Source: Mastigocoleus sp. MO_188.B34
GTDB taxonomy: Bacteria > Cyanobacteriota > Cyanobacteriia > Cyanobacteriales > Nostocaceae
NCBI RefSeq assembly: GCF_030065675.1
Contig: NZ_JASJDK010000028.1
Location: forward strand, 1 to 48,000
Direction of reading: 5' to 3'
DNA: 48,000 nt
Shown: piece after piece, positions 9,874-18,710 of the stretch
How the letters are laid out: each line of letters starts with the position of its first letter
Numbering within the stretch: the stretch's first letter is position 1
The notes under the pieces: generated by a model
Seen by the model: the letters and a program-made list of their open reading frames with translations, nothing else
What the model was told of the DNA's origin: nothing
The model's database searches: none
Program-made: the position numbers and the translations under genes

Positions 9874-9997
9874 AGGACTTACGCAGTTGTCACAATACAC
9901 CGGTGGTGCGTGACGCTCAAAGCCTTATTAATACGTTCAGGTTAACTCGCTTGTGTCACGCACCCTACAAGAAAAATGTGTCGGTTGCGTAAGTCCT
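9874..9997. mobile_element. MITE-like 124-bp element with nested inverted repeats
   Basis: The outer inverted termini are aggacttacgca (9874-9885) and tgcgtaagtcct (9986-9997). The inner inverted pair is ggtgcgtgac / gtcacgcacc. There is no coding capacity. A degenerate second copy lies at 11042-11150. Confidence 0.55.
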
Positions 9998-10632
9998 AAT
10001 TTTATTTAACTTACTAATAATCATACTAATTATTTTTTTTGATTCCATATATCTATAGAAAATAATTATTTATATTTATGTCAATATTTTTATACAAAAG
10101 TTATTGTCTTTATTTTTATAATTCAGTAACACTAATTTACTAAATAACTGTTATATTTAATGTTTTTTATACAATCAATAAACACTTATGTTTTTCTGGC
10201 TTGAATGACTATAAAGAAATATAAAAAATGAGCAATTATATGCTTTATTTTAATATTTTTAAGTATAAAACTCAGGCTATAAAATAACTACTAAATTATA
10301 TGCTATTAAATTTGGATGATAACTCTCTAGCTTCCAGATCAATTGTACTTGCCATAATCGAGTTACACAATATTGTATGAGCAGGTTTTAATTGTATGAG
10401 CAGGTTTTAGGTTTAGTCTTGTTCCCAGAATAACAGTCACGGCAAGTGCTTTTTTGGGACAATATAGTAATGGTTAGATGGTCTGAATTGCGATCTGAAT
10501 TATCGCACATCTAGTCTGGCATTACCCTGTTCAAGTTCGATTGCGACTAGAACAACATTACTCCACAGTAAAAATACTCCACAGTGAAAAATTTAAAAAT
10601 TTAAGTCATTATGACAGCGAGAATAAAACATC

Positions 10633-11007
10633 ATGACTACAACGAAAAAAGTCTGCTTATTAGGTTCTAAATACGCTATCTTAGAATTTGAGTTAGGAAA
10701 AGAACAAAAGCCTAACTTAAGCATAGTTGCAAAATGCAAAATAAATCCTGGACATGTTACTGTTAATGGCACACTCGACTATGCAACTAATGAAAATAAT
10801 TACCTTTGCAAAAAAGATAGTGATGGTTTTTTAGAATTGACCGAGTTAGATTTAATAACTTGGATAGATACCTTAGGATTTACAAATGAGTTTTTGGCGG
10901 GGCATTACACTGGTTATAAAATACTCCTAAGCTCGGCGATAGAAGAAGATAACCAAGAAGCTTTTGAGTTTATGGTTAGGGCTATTCTACCAGGGTTTTA
11001 TGAATAG
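10633..11007 (+). CDS. hypothetical protein, 124 aa
   Basis: This is the only sizeable ORF in a 1.4-kb AT-rich tract. I recognise no motifs and the RBS is weak. Two short tandem duplications lie upstream. Confidence 0.4.
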   Translation: MTTTKKVCLLGSKYAILEFELGKEQKPNLSIVAKCKINPGHVTVNGTLDYATNENNYLCKKDSDGFLELTELDLITWIDTLGFTNEFLAGHYTGYKILLSSAIEEDNQEAFEFMVRAILPGFYE

Positions 11008-11041
11008 AAAACATGACTATATTTTTGCAATATTTACGTAA

Positions 11042-11150
11042 TCCTTACAGTAAATGTGTGCTAAATAACACTAAAAACCTTATTAATACGTCCAAGTTAA
11101 TTTGCTTGTGTCACACACCCTACAAAAAATATGTCAGCTGGGTAAGTCCC
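11042..11150. repeat. degenerate second copy of the MITE-like element
   Basis: aaccttattaatacgtccaagttaatttgcttgtgtcacacaccctacaaaaaatatgtcagctgggtaagtccc aligns with the right two-thirds of 9874-9997 in the same orientation. The left end is decayed. Confidence 0.45.
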
Positions 11151-11214
11151 ATTTTGAATCAGTAATGATTATTGTCTCAATTCAATTCATTTCATTGCCG
11201 TTACTATCTATCAG

Positions 11215-11481
11215 CTATTTTTTCACCTGTGAGCTAGACAAAAATAAGGTCGCCTGGTACCAGTTATCGAAATATTCAGGCATACAAGATTGGTCATCAA
11301 TATAAGTTACAGCCCAAAGGTTATCACTTTTTTGTTCAATACGTCCCAGGAAGTGAGATTTACCGCCACAACTGGAAAGCGACAGATCGTAAATATGACT
11401 GGCAATTCGAGTAAAAATAATAACTTTTTCTTCTAAGGTAAGACAATGTGGAGGGTTTGCTGTTGTTCTTTGCTCTACCAT
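11215..11481 (-). CDS. hypothetical protein, 88 aa, immediately downstream of the WD40 gene
   Basis: The ATG at 11481 lies 12 nt after the WD40 stop on the same strand. I recognise no motifs. Confidence 0.45.
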   Translation of the reverse strand: MVEQRTTANPPHCLTLEEKVIIFTRIASHIYDLSLSSCGGKSHFLGRIEQKSDNLWAVTYIDDQSCMPEYFDNWYQATLFLSSSQVKK

Positions 11482-11493
11482 ATTTGTAACTCT

Positions 11494-13935
11494 TTAAAAT
11501 AAATGATTTAGTTGCCAAATTTTAATTGTTTTGTCAGAACTACAACTAGCGATGTATTGACCATCTGGGCTCACAATAAGGTGATTAACAGTTCCTGAAT
11601 GTGCAGTTATCGTTTGTAGTAATTCTCCAGTTTTCCATCGCCACAACTTAATGGTCTTATCAGCGCTACCACTAACGAGAACTTCTCCATTCGGACTGAT
11701 AGCAACTGATTTTACTTCATCTGTGTGTCCTGTCAATGTATGTAAAATTTTACCAGTCTCTAATTGCCAAATTTTGATGGTTTTATCGGCACTACCACTA
11801 AAAAGAATTTCTCCAACACCTATAGAACTAATCGCAACAGAGTTTATTTCACCAAAATGCCCACTCAGGGTGCGTAAAAGTTCTCCCGTTTGCGGGTTCC
11901 ACAGTCTTATTTTTTTTTCCTTAGTACCGCTAACAAGAATTGTACTAATCCCCAAGGAAGATTTAGAACTAACAGGGTTAATGGCAATTGTGTTGACTAC
12001 AGATGAATGCCAAAGAGTAGAAATGCGATTGCCTTTATGTAGATTCCAAATTTTAATTTTATTACCGCCACTGGCAAGAATTGGTCCTGTTCCTTCTGAG
12101 ACCGAATTACCAAGAGGACTGATTGCTACAACGTTAACTGGTTTGTGATGTCCTAAAAGAGTATGAATTAATTTACCAGTTTTTAGATGCCATACTTTGA
12201 CATTACTTTTAGGAGTTTCATAACTACCGACTGCGAGTAAATTACCATCGTCACTCACAGCAATAGATGAAATTTCGCCAGAATTTTTTGTCAAGTTGCG
12301 GATAAAAATACCTGTTTTAATATTCCACATCTTGATATGTTTATCTGCACAACCACCAATCAAAGTCTCTCCATCAGGACTAATAGCGATAGATGTTACT
12401 TCTACTGAATGTTCTGTTAGTGTGTGGCTCAAAGAAACATATTCTTCTTGTCGCTGCTGTTTGAGCTTGGCGATTTCATTAAGAACTTCTTCCAGTTCAT
12501 TAATAATTTTACTATTCTCCACCGCAACAAAATATTCTTTTAAATTTTGAATATATTCTTCATCTTCTAAAGTGACTACAGATCGCATTTTCCCTAGGGG
12601 ATTATCCCATTCCTCTGGTAATACTTGACGTAGTCGCAGCCATGTATTTATCGAGTAATCAACCTGTTTCTCAGCCAAAGAGCGATCACTTAGGTGAGAT
12701 AAACTCTGTGCTAGTTGCAATGCTAACTCAGGGATCCAGCTAAGCCGCTCTGTTTCTAGAGCTTGGTAGAGTTGTTCATATCCTGCGATAATCGCTTGTA
12801 GAGATGGTAAGTCTAATTCACTCTTAAGCAAATTTGGTAGTAAATCCGGAAGCAGGGGAGATACATCATGATAAACAAGGTGGTAAGCATCTGCTACCCA
12901 ACTAACAACCAAGCAATGACAGGTAATTAAAACTTGGCATAATTGTTCAAAATCCTGACGATTAATTTGGTACTGTAAGGATAATTTACTAATATCTATT
13001 CCCTGATTTTTCCATTTTTCAGTCCGTTCTAAAATTGCCAGATTGGTAACATTATCTCCACCTAAATCATCAATTTCTTCTAATTTTTCTCCTAAAGATA
13101 TTAATTTATCTCTGACTTTCTTCCATTCTAGAGCACGGTTTTTTGCCGACTGATCAATAATTTTTTTGTAAGGCAATCGAGAAATTGTTTTATAGTAGTA
13201 ATTATCTTGTCCTAACCCCCAATAGGCAATACGAAAATTTAGATAATCACCATCAATCTCTGATTCTAAAATCAAAATTGGCTCTGTTTTTAAAATTCCA
13301 AATAGAGCCTTAATACTCGATTCACTATGAAATCGTTTACTATCCCATGCTCCTGCCAAAAACTCTGTAGGTCTTGTAGCATTTTGTAGGGAATAATGAT
13401 GATTAATAAAATCTCGCAAGCCTTCAGCTAACATGAGCTCAATATCTAAATTTTCTTCTTGCCGGTGAGCAAATTTATCGAACTCTACTTTAGGTGGTGC
13501 CAGAAAAATTTTTAAAGGTTTGCGAGTATCATTTGTGCTGTTGGCTAAAATTTGTGAAGGATATAAACGTAAAGGCCAACTTTCAAATAATTTTTGTAAC
13601 TCTGGTAATTGAAGTATTGTTGTTTGCTCTTGAGTTGCAATTTTTAATTGCATTTGGTGGTAATAAACCGCTAATTTTTGTCGATCTATTTTTTCTTGTT
13701 CAAATCCCTGAATATAACTTATTTGTTGATTGTAATTATTTTCGTAATTGTCTTTGGAAATGTTTTTGAGAGTACTTTTATAACTATTCCCAGATTGGAT
13801 GAGAGCTTGATTCTGTATGCTTTCTTGCTTATTACTTAAATTTCCAGGTGCTTTATTATCCTTTTGTACTAGATTTGCAATTACTGGGGCAAACTCTATT
13901 ATTAGTTGAATTAGTAACCTTAGCCCTTGCTCCAT
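11494..13935 (-). CDS. WD40-repeat protein with uncharacterised ~500-aa N-terminal region
   Basis: The C-terminal ~310 aa (about nt 11494-12423) contain seven WD40 units, e.g. GHTDEVKSVAISPNGEVLVSGSADKTIKLW. A coiled-coil linker (NEIAKLKQQRQEEY) precedes them. The N-terminal region has no Walker A, kinase, TIR or caspase motif that I can see. Confidence 0.85.
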   Translation of the reverse strand: MEQGLRLLIQLIIEFAPVIANLVQKDNKAPGNLSNKQESIQNQALIQSGNSYKSTLKNISKDNYENNYNQQISYIQGFEQEKIDRQKLAVYYHQMQLKIATQEQTTILQLPELQKLFESWPLRLYPSQILANSTNDTRKPLKIFLAPPKVEFDKFAHRQEENLDIELMLAEGLRDFINHHYSLQNATRPTEFLAGAWDSKRFHSESSIKALFGILKTEPILILESEIDGDYLNFRIAYWGLGQDNYYYKTISRLPYKKIIDQSAKNRALEWKKVRDKLISLGEKLEEIDDLGGDNVTNLAILERTEKWKNQGIDISKLSLQYQINRQDFEQLCQVLITCHCLVVSWVADAYHLVYHDVSPLLPDLLPNLLKSELDLPSLQAIIAGYEQLYQALETERLSWIPELALQLAQSLSHLSDRSLAEKQVDYSINTWLRLRQVLPEEWDNPLGKMRSVVTLEDEEYIQNLKEYFVAVENSKIINELEEVLNEIAKLKQQRQEEYVSLSHTLTEHSVEVTSIAISPDGETLIGGCADKHIKMWNIKTGIFIRNLTKNSGEISSIAVSDDGNLLAVGSYETPKSNVKVWHLKTGKLIHTLLGHHKPVNVVAISPLGNSVSEGTGPILASGGNKIKIWNLHKGNRISTLWHSSVVNTIAINPVSSKSSLGISTILVSGTKEKKIRLWNPQTGELLRTLSGHFGEINSVAISSIGVGEILFSGSADKTIKIWQLETGKILHTLTGHTDEVKSVAISPNGEVLVSGSADKTIKLWRWKTGELLQTITAHSGTVNHLIVSPDGQYIASCSSDKTIKIWQLNHLF

Positions 13936-14283
13936 AGGGAGATTCCTGTTTAGTAAATATAATTGATTATATTTGTTGCTTATCCAAATAAAGACTTTGT
14001 TACTTTCTAGAATTCACGATGCCATACTTGTTGGTTACTTGTACGATCATTTTACCAAGCTCACAGTTACTTATTCCAGTACTAAGTTGGATCGCGATCC
14101 AAAATAAACAACAAAAGTTAATAATTAATATACCCAAGCCTTCATTAATCCATTGGAAATATCAAACAATTTAGACAAAAATGATTAGTATAATCAGCAA
14201 TAAAAATTAAGTTATTTTTATTATTTTCACTACTTAATAGTGATACAATAAAATTGTAAAATAAGCAGAGAGGTGGCAATACT

Positions 14284-14574
14284 ATGGCACCTAAACTTAT
14301 TCCTAAGATTGAAGATTTTGTAGAAGACCTTGGAATTCCAGGTATTGCAGCAGTAGTCCTTTTACCTGCATTTATTCCTGTGGTAGCAGGGGTTAGTAAA
14401 CCAATAGCTAAGGCAGCAATCAAAGGCGGAATAATCCTCTATGAAAAAGGTAAAGGAGCAATTGCAGAAGTAGGTGAATCCCTAGAGGATCTCATGGCTG
14501 AAGCAAAAGCTGAACTTGCTGAAGAACAGATGCAACGCCTTGAAGCTTCTCAACCTCACTCTGAAGCTGGTTAG
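14284..14574 (+). CDS. small membrane-associated protein, DUF5132-like
   Basis: 96 aa. A hydrophobic stretch GIPGIAAVVLLPAFIPVVAGV is followed by KPIAKAAIKGGIILYEKGKGAIAEVGESLEDLMAEAKAEL. This resembles my recollection of the DUF5132 pattern; the assignment is unverified. Confidence 0.45.
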   Translation: MAPKLIPKIEDFVEDLGIPGIAAVVLLPAFIPVVAGVSKPIAKAAIKGGIILYEKGKGAIAEVGESLEDLMAEAKAELAEEQMQRLEASQPHSEAG

Positions 14575-14807
14575 TGTAACTTGTGCAGAACTCAAAATTC
14601 TTTGCTTATATTGCTTCTGGGTTTCTGTAAAGAATTTAGTTATTTCTGTGATGCTGCATTGGTTGGCTATCGGAGGAGGAGAGAATTATGGGATTTTTGG
14701 GATTCCGGATTGCACAATTTCACTCAAGATACAAGTTATGTTGTGGGATGGGCATGATGCTCATCCCTTTTTAATACCTCATAAGTGTAGGTTTGATAAT
14801 CTGTGTT

Positions 14808-14856
14808 CGGGCACGCCCACATGAATTGAATAAATGCGCGTGCCCGTGTTGTTTTC
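14808..14856 (+). terminator. intrinsic terminator candidate
   Basis: A 9-bp GC-rich stem, cgggcacgc (14808-14816) / gcgtgcccg (14838-14846), is followed by tgttgttttc. The loop is long (21 nt). Confidence 0.45.
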
Positions 14857-14960
14857 AATACTCGTCTGATAGTCGCGAATATAAAGACGGCTTTCGTCTT
14901 GTCTTTGAATCCAATGATTATTCTCTACAATATTAATCCTCAATCACCGATTCCAAACTC

Positions 14961-15848
14961 TCAAAACTCCCTTTGTTCAAACCAAAACTTAATTTTGTCA
15001 TACCTGAACACAGGTCCATCCTTGCAAATAAAAGTTGGTCCAAGTTGACAATGTCCGCAAAAACCAACAGCGCACTTCATATTTCGTTCCATTGAAATAT
15101 AAATGTTATCTGGACTAACGCCCCGTTTTAATAACTCTGCAATTGTAAACTGCATCATCACTTCCGGTCCGCACATTATTGCTGTGGTATTGAGTCGGTC
15201 AAAAGGTGCTCTACGTATCAAGTGTGTCACAACTCCCACATTACCCTGCCAACCAGCCTGGGCGCGATCAACTGTGACAAATACTTCCAGGTCGAGGTGC
15301 GATTTCCATGCTTTTAAATCGTGACGAAAGAGTATATCTTGAGGCGTACGAGTCCCGAAAAGCAAAACAACCTTACCGTATTTTTGTCTATTTGCTAGTA
15401 TATGATATACAGCCGGTCTGAGTGGAGCTAAACCAATTCCTCCAGCAACCAAAACTACATCATTACCCTCAGCAATCCGTAAAGGCCAAAAACTACCAAA
15501 GGGTCCCCGTATCCCCATTGTGTCACCAGGTCTAAGTTTACTTAGGGCAGTGGTAACAGTTCCCACAATCCGAGTTGTATGTTGTAATTTATCTGGTTCT
15601 TGTGGATTACCACTGATAGAGATAGCACATTCCCCAGTGCCGAAAGCATAGAGCATGTTAAATTGACCAGGCACAAAGTTAAAATTTTTGTTACCGTCAG
15701 TAGCTTCTAACTCCAAAGTAAAAGTATCATGAGTTTCCTTACGTGTTCGTGTTACCCGGTAAATTTTTGGGAGCATGGGGTTAACGGGGGTGTGAGAAGG
15801 AAGATAGAGGTGTGGAGATATATCCTCTTTCCTTTTAAAAGTGGTCAT
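14961..15848 (-). CDS. hydrogenase-associated FAD/NAD(P)-binding iron-sulfur subunit (HydG/AsrB/PyrK-like, 'gamma')
   Basis: 295 aa. It has a ferredoxin-reductase-type fold (GQFNMLYAFGTGE, VVLVAGGIGLAPL) and the C-terminal cluster motif CAVGFCGHCQLG...CKDGPVF. The start overlaps the upstream stop (ATGA). Confidence 0.75.
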   Translation of the reverse strand: MTTFKRKEDISPHLYLPSHTPVNPMLPKIYRVTRTRKETHDTFTLELEATDGNKNFNFVPGQFNMLYAFGTGECAISISGNPQEPDKLQHTTRIVGTVTTALSKLRPGDTMGIRGPFGSFWPLRIAEGNDVVLVAGGIGLAPLRPAVYHILANRQKYGKVVLLFGTRTPQDILFRHDLKAWKSHLDLEVFVTVDRAQAGWQGNVGVVTHLIRRAPFDRLNTTAIMCGPEVMMQFTIAELLKRGVSPDNIYISMERNMKCAVGFCGHCQLGPTFICKDGPVFRYDKIKFWFEQREF

Positions 15849-16324
15849 AATAACTTCCTCTCTGGTAAACCGTAGAGGTCTAAAAGTTGTAACCGAGTTG
15901 CTTGTAAGCTTTCTAACATGATAAAGGAAAAGCGTTTCATCATTTCGTAACCCAGTTCCGGATCGTTGTCACATTTACCGCGCAAACAGCGACCATCTAG
16001 TGCGATCGCCCGCGTTAATTCTAGCGCTCGGGCATCAAATTGCCATTGGTAGGGTGGGAAAAGCCAAGACCATCCCAGAACATCATTGTCTCCTAGGGTT
16101 TTAATAACTATTGCTTGTTTACCGGGAGAACTAATTTCTACCGAAACTCTGCCATGTCTGAGCAGGTAAAATCTGTTTGCCTCTTCTTCGCGATGGAAAA
16201 TTATTTGTCCTGCTTCAAAACAGATATTTGACGCACATTCAACCACAAGCTGAATGTACTCTGGTTTGAGTCCTTGAAAAAAACTATGTTCTTTTAAAAG
16301 TGGTTCTAAAGTAGATATTGTCAT
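15845..16324 (-). CDS. cyclic-nucleotide-binding-domain-like protein (single domain, 159 aa)
   Basis: This is a cNMP-type beta-barrel: FEAGQIIFHREEEANRFYLLRHGRVSVEI...GDNDVLGWSWLF...ARALELTRAIALDG. The canonical GE and R[ST]A phosphate-binding residues are not obvious. It is translationally coupled to the gamma subunit. Confidence 0.7.
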   Translation of the reverse strand: MTISTLEPLLKEHSFFQGLKPEYIQLVVECASNICFEAGQIIFHREEEANRFYLLRHGRVSVEISSPGKQAIVIKTLGDNDVLGWSWLFPPYQWQFDARALELTRAIALDGRCLRGKCDNDPELGYEMMKRFSFIMLESLQATRLQLLDLYGLPERKLL

Positions 16325-16380
16325 GATATTGAGGGGATTGGGAATAGGGGACTAGTACCGCTGCGCGGAAATCATTAGCG

Positions 16381-16475
16381 GATCCGTAGGTAGCGGCTCC
16401 AGATCCAGATCCGTAGGTAGCGCAGCTAGAGCCTACGGCGACGGCGGAGCCTCTAGCTAGAGCCTGCGGCGTCGG
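16381..16475. repeat. GC-rich short tandem repeats in a hydrogenase intergenic spacer
   Basis: gatccgtaggtagcg occurs twice (16381-16395, 16408-16422). agctagagcct(a/g)cggcg(a/t)cgg occurs twice (16424-16444, 16455-16475). The GC content is far above the surrounding spacer. Confidence 0.6.
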
Positions 16476-16545
16476 TGTTAAACCTTACGGACGATATGGC
16501 TGCGCTTACGCCTTTAGGCGCGTCTCAGCCTAAGCGCGTGTCCGT

Positions 16546-16600
16546 AGGACAAACAGGATTTACTAATCTTCTAACCTTATTACGTAGTGCTACGGTAATC
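16546..16600. repeat. dispersed repeat family, copy 1 (gcgtgtccgtaggaca ... cgtagtgcta)
   Basis: Both end motifs recur at 20187-20284 in the same order and orientation. Confidence 0.55.
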
Positions 16601-16707
16601 TTTTAATCGTAAATTCTAATAGAAACAGTACCATAGATTAAGGCTTAAAAGCTGTTTTCTTCTGATACCCGTTGTCCAGTTTTAACAAATCATTGTTCAC
16701 GATTTAG

Positions 16708-17835
16708 TTAACTGCTGTCTTTTATTGCTTTCACTTCTTTAGTAATATCAATTCCTACCGGACACCATGTAATACAACGACCACAGCCAACACATCCTGA
16801 TGTTCCAAACTGATCGATCCAACTTGCTAGTTTATGGGTTATCCATTGGCGGTAACGGGACTTAATACTGGTTCGCACGCTTCCCCCATGAAGATAAGAA
16901 AAATCTGTCGTGAAACAAGAATCCCACTGTCGCCATCTTTCGGCATGATCGCCTGTTAAATCAGTCACATCTTCTACTGTGGAACAAAAACATGTAGGAC
17001 AAACTAGGGTACAGTTACCACAAGCAAGACAACGGGAGGCGACATCATCCCACCGGGGATGCTCCAAATTTTCATATAAAAGTTCTTTTATACCTTCTGT
17101 ATCTAATTTGCGCCCCATTTGTTGTGTTGTTTGGGTTACAATCTCGTCTGCTATGGCTTGTTCGGCGGTGCTGACTGGTTTATGGACTACTCTATCAATT
17201 ACTTGTGCTCCAAGTTCGCTACCAACTTCAACCACAAAATAGTGACTTTCGGAGTTTAAAACCTCAGTTAACGCCAAATCAAATCCCTTAATAGCTTTTG
17301 GTCCTGTCTGCATTGATGCGCAGAAACATGTTCCCCCAGCTTGAGCGCAGTTGACAGCAACGATAAAAATATTATCCCGATTTGCTTGGTAGTGGGGATC
17401 TACGCTTTCACCTGAAAGAAAAACTTTATCTTGAATTGCGATCGCATTTAATTCGCAAGAGCGGACGCCAATAAAAGCTCTTTTGGTGGAATCAGGAATT
17501 TCTGGATTAACTTGAATATTCTGACCTTGGCGTTGCGCTTTCCATAAACGAACCTTGGGGGGAAACAAATATTTCTTCCAGGAGTGGGGTCCAACTACAT
17601 AGCCAAAAACAGCTTTATCGTTTCGCGTTCGTAAACGATATGTTCCACCATCTTGCTCGTCAGTCCATCCAATGGGAAAGTCTTCTACCCTAGATACCCG
17701 ATCATAGACAATAGCACCTTCCCTAATAGTAGGTCCAATTAATTGATACTCTTGTTGAGCTAGTACATTTAGTAGCTGCTGCAAATCTTGTCTAGCAATA
17801 ACAACTCGGTCGTAGGTAGGGGATTTATTATTCAA
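16708..17835 (-). CDS. hydrogenase-associated 4Fe-4S dicluster subunit (HydB/AsrA-like, 'beta')
   Basis: 375 aa with two ferredoxin motifs, [16 protein letters not shown] and [14 protein letters not shown]. The TTG start at 17835 is preceded by gaggag. Confidence 0.75.
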   Translation of the reverse strand: MNNKSPTYDRVVIARQDLQQLLNVLAQQEYQLIGPTIREGAIVYDRVSRVEDFPIGWTDEQDGGTYRLRTRNDKAVFGYVVGPHSWKKYLFPPKVRLWKAQRQGQNIQVNPEIPDSTKRAFIGVRSCELNAIAIQDKVFLSGESVDPHYQANRDNIFIVAVNCAQAGGTCFCASMQTGPKAIKGFDLALTEVLNSESHYFVVEVGSELGAQVIDRVVHKPVSTAEQAIADEIVTQTTQQMGRKLDTEGIKELLYENLEHPRWDDVASRCLACGNCTLVCPTCFCSTVEDVTDLTGDHAERWRQWDSCFTTDFSYLHGGSVRTSIKSRYRQWITHKLASWIDQFGTSGCVGCGRCITWCPVGIDITKEVKAIKDSS

Positions 17836-17970
17836 TGCATATTCTCCTCAATTTTTTTAAGATCGGGAGCTAAAAAAGGATGAGGAATAATTTCCTCACG
17901 TCAGCTTTATTTTTAGATTAAGCAAAAAAAATGTTGGAATTGTGAGGATTTTTATGTCTTATAGGTTTTA

Positions 17971-18234
17971 CTAAACTTCAAACTCTACACTTTCAAGTAA
18001 TATTTCCTGTGCAAAAGGGTCTTTCAAATCTTCTGATATCTGACACTCCAGATGAGCACCCTCTGCAACTGTATCTTTAGATGCTAACTGAAAATGTTGC
18101 TGTAAATGCTCGCTAGAAATATGGGAAAGTGCTCCCAATCTTACTTTAACTGATATAGCTCTTGTACCTTCTTGCTCTAAAACAACAGTATTAATTGTTT
18201 TAATGAGGTCATTAACTAAACTGGCTTCGTGCAT
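17971..18234 (-). CDS. HypA-like nickel metallochaperone lacking the zinc-finger cysteines
   Basis: 87 aa starting MHEASL, which matches the HypA N-terminal MHE Ni-binding motif, with a HypA-like body (VKVRLGALSHISSEHLQQHFQLASKDTVAEGAHLE). There is no CxxC...CxxC. It overlaps the protease gene by 19 nt. Confidence 0.5.
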   Translation of the reverse strand: MHEASLVNDLIKTINTVVLEQEGTRAISVKVRLGALSHISSEHLQQHFQLASKDTVAEGAHLECQISEDLKDPFAQEILLESVEFEV

Positions 18235-18710
18235 AATTCTACTAATACTTCTTGTAACACTTTTTCTGTGGCTTGTTCAACTTCTGGAGAAAGTCCTATC
18301 CCATGGGAGAAATTCTTTCCTTCCACCCCATAAATAATTAACTTGGGTGGGAGTTGATTTAAAGTTCTTGCTAGTTCTACTGCTTCAGCAACACTAAAAG
18401 CATGGGTAGAGTAGTTAAAAAACTTTGCGGGTACTACTTCTATCTGGGCATCAATACGATGAATTTTACCAACTTCACTTCCAGACATTACAGCATCAAA
18501 TAGATAAACAGTTGTTGCATGTTGCCATAATTCCATCAATGCAACACCTTCACCTGATGCTTCAATAATTTTTATTTCTGGGGTCTTGGTATCTGGATCT
18601 ACTTGGTTGTGGAATTTTTCCGCAATTACTAACCCAACCGCATCATCCTGGCGGAATTTATTACCAACACCAATCAGTAATATTTGATGATTATGGTTCT
18701 CTTTCGACAT
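18216..18710 (-). CDS. hydrogenase maturation endopeptidase
   Basis: [23 protein letters not shown]...[14 protein letters not shown] fits the HybD/HoxW/HupW family (GxGN..xxDDG). It overlaps the large-subunit gene by 20 nt. Confidence 0.8.
   Translation of the reverse strand: MSKENHNHQILLIGVGNKFRQDDAVGLVIAEKFHNQVDPDTKTPEIKIIEASGEGVALMELWQHATTVYLFDAVMSGSEVGKIHRIDAQIEVVPAKFFNYSTHAFSVAEAVELARTLNQLPPKLIIYGVEGKNFSHGIGLSPEVEQATEKVLQEVLVELCTKPV

Noticed and set aside
10520-10550. tRNA-like T-arm (gttcaagttcgattgcg)
   Set aside because: The flanking sequence cannot form an acceptor stem, D-arm or anticodon arm. No tRNA cloverleaf can be drawn.
11651-12148. 165-aa plus-strand ORF, and similar ORFs at 12296-12550 and 13494-13769
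   Set aside because: They lie entirely antisense to the WD40 gene. Repetitive WD codons keep the opposite strand open, and there are no motifs.
14516-14824. 102-aa plus-strand ORF
   Set aside because: It overlaps the 3' end of the DUF5132-like gene, has an implausible composition and no RBS. The short SD-preceded ORF in another frame is the better candidate.
16375-16480. Possible CRISPR-like array
   Set aside because: There are only two copies each of 15- and 21-bp motifs with 27-31-bp periods. There are no unique spacers of regular length, no cas genes and no leader.
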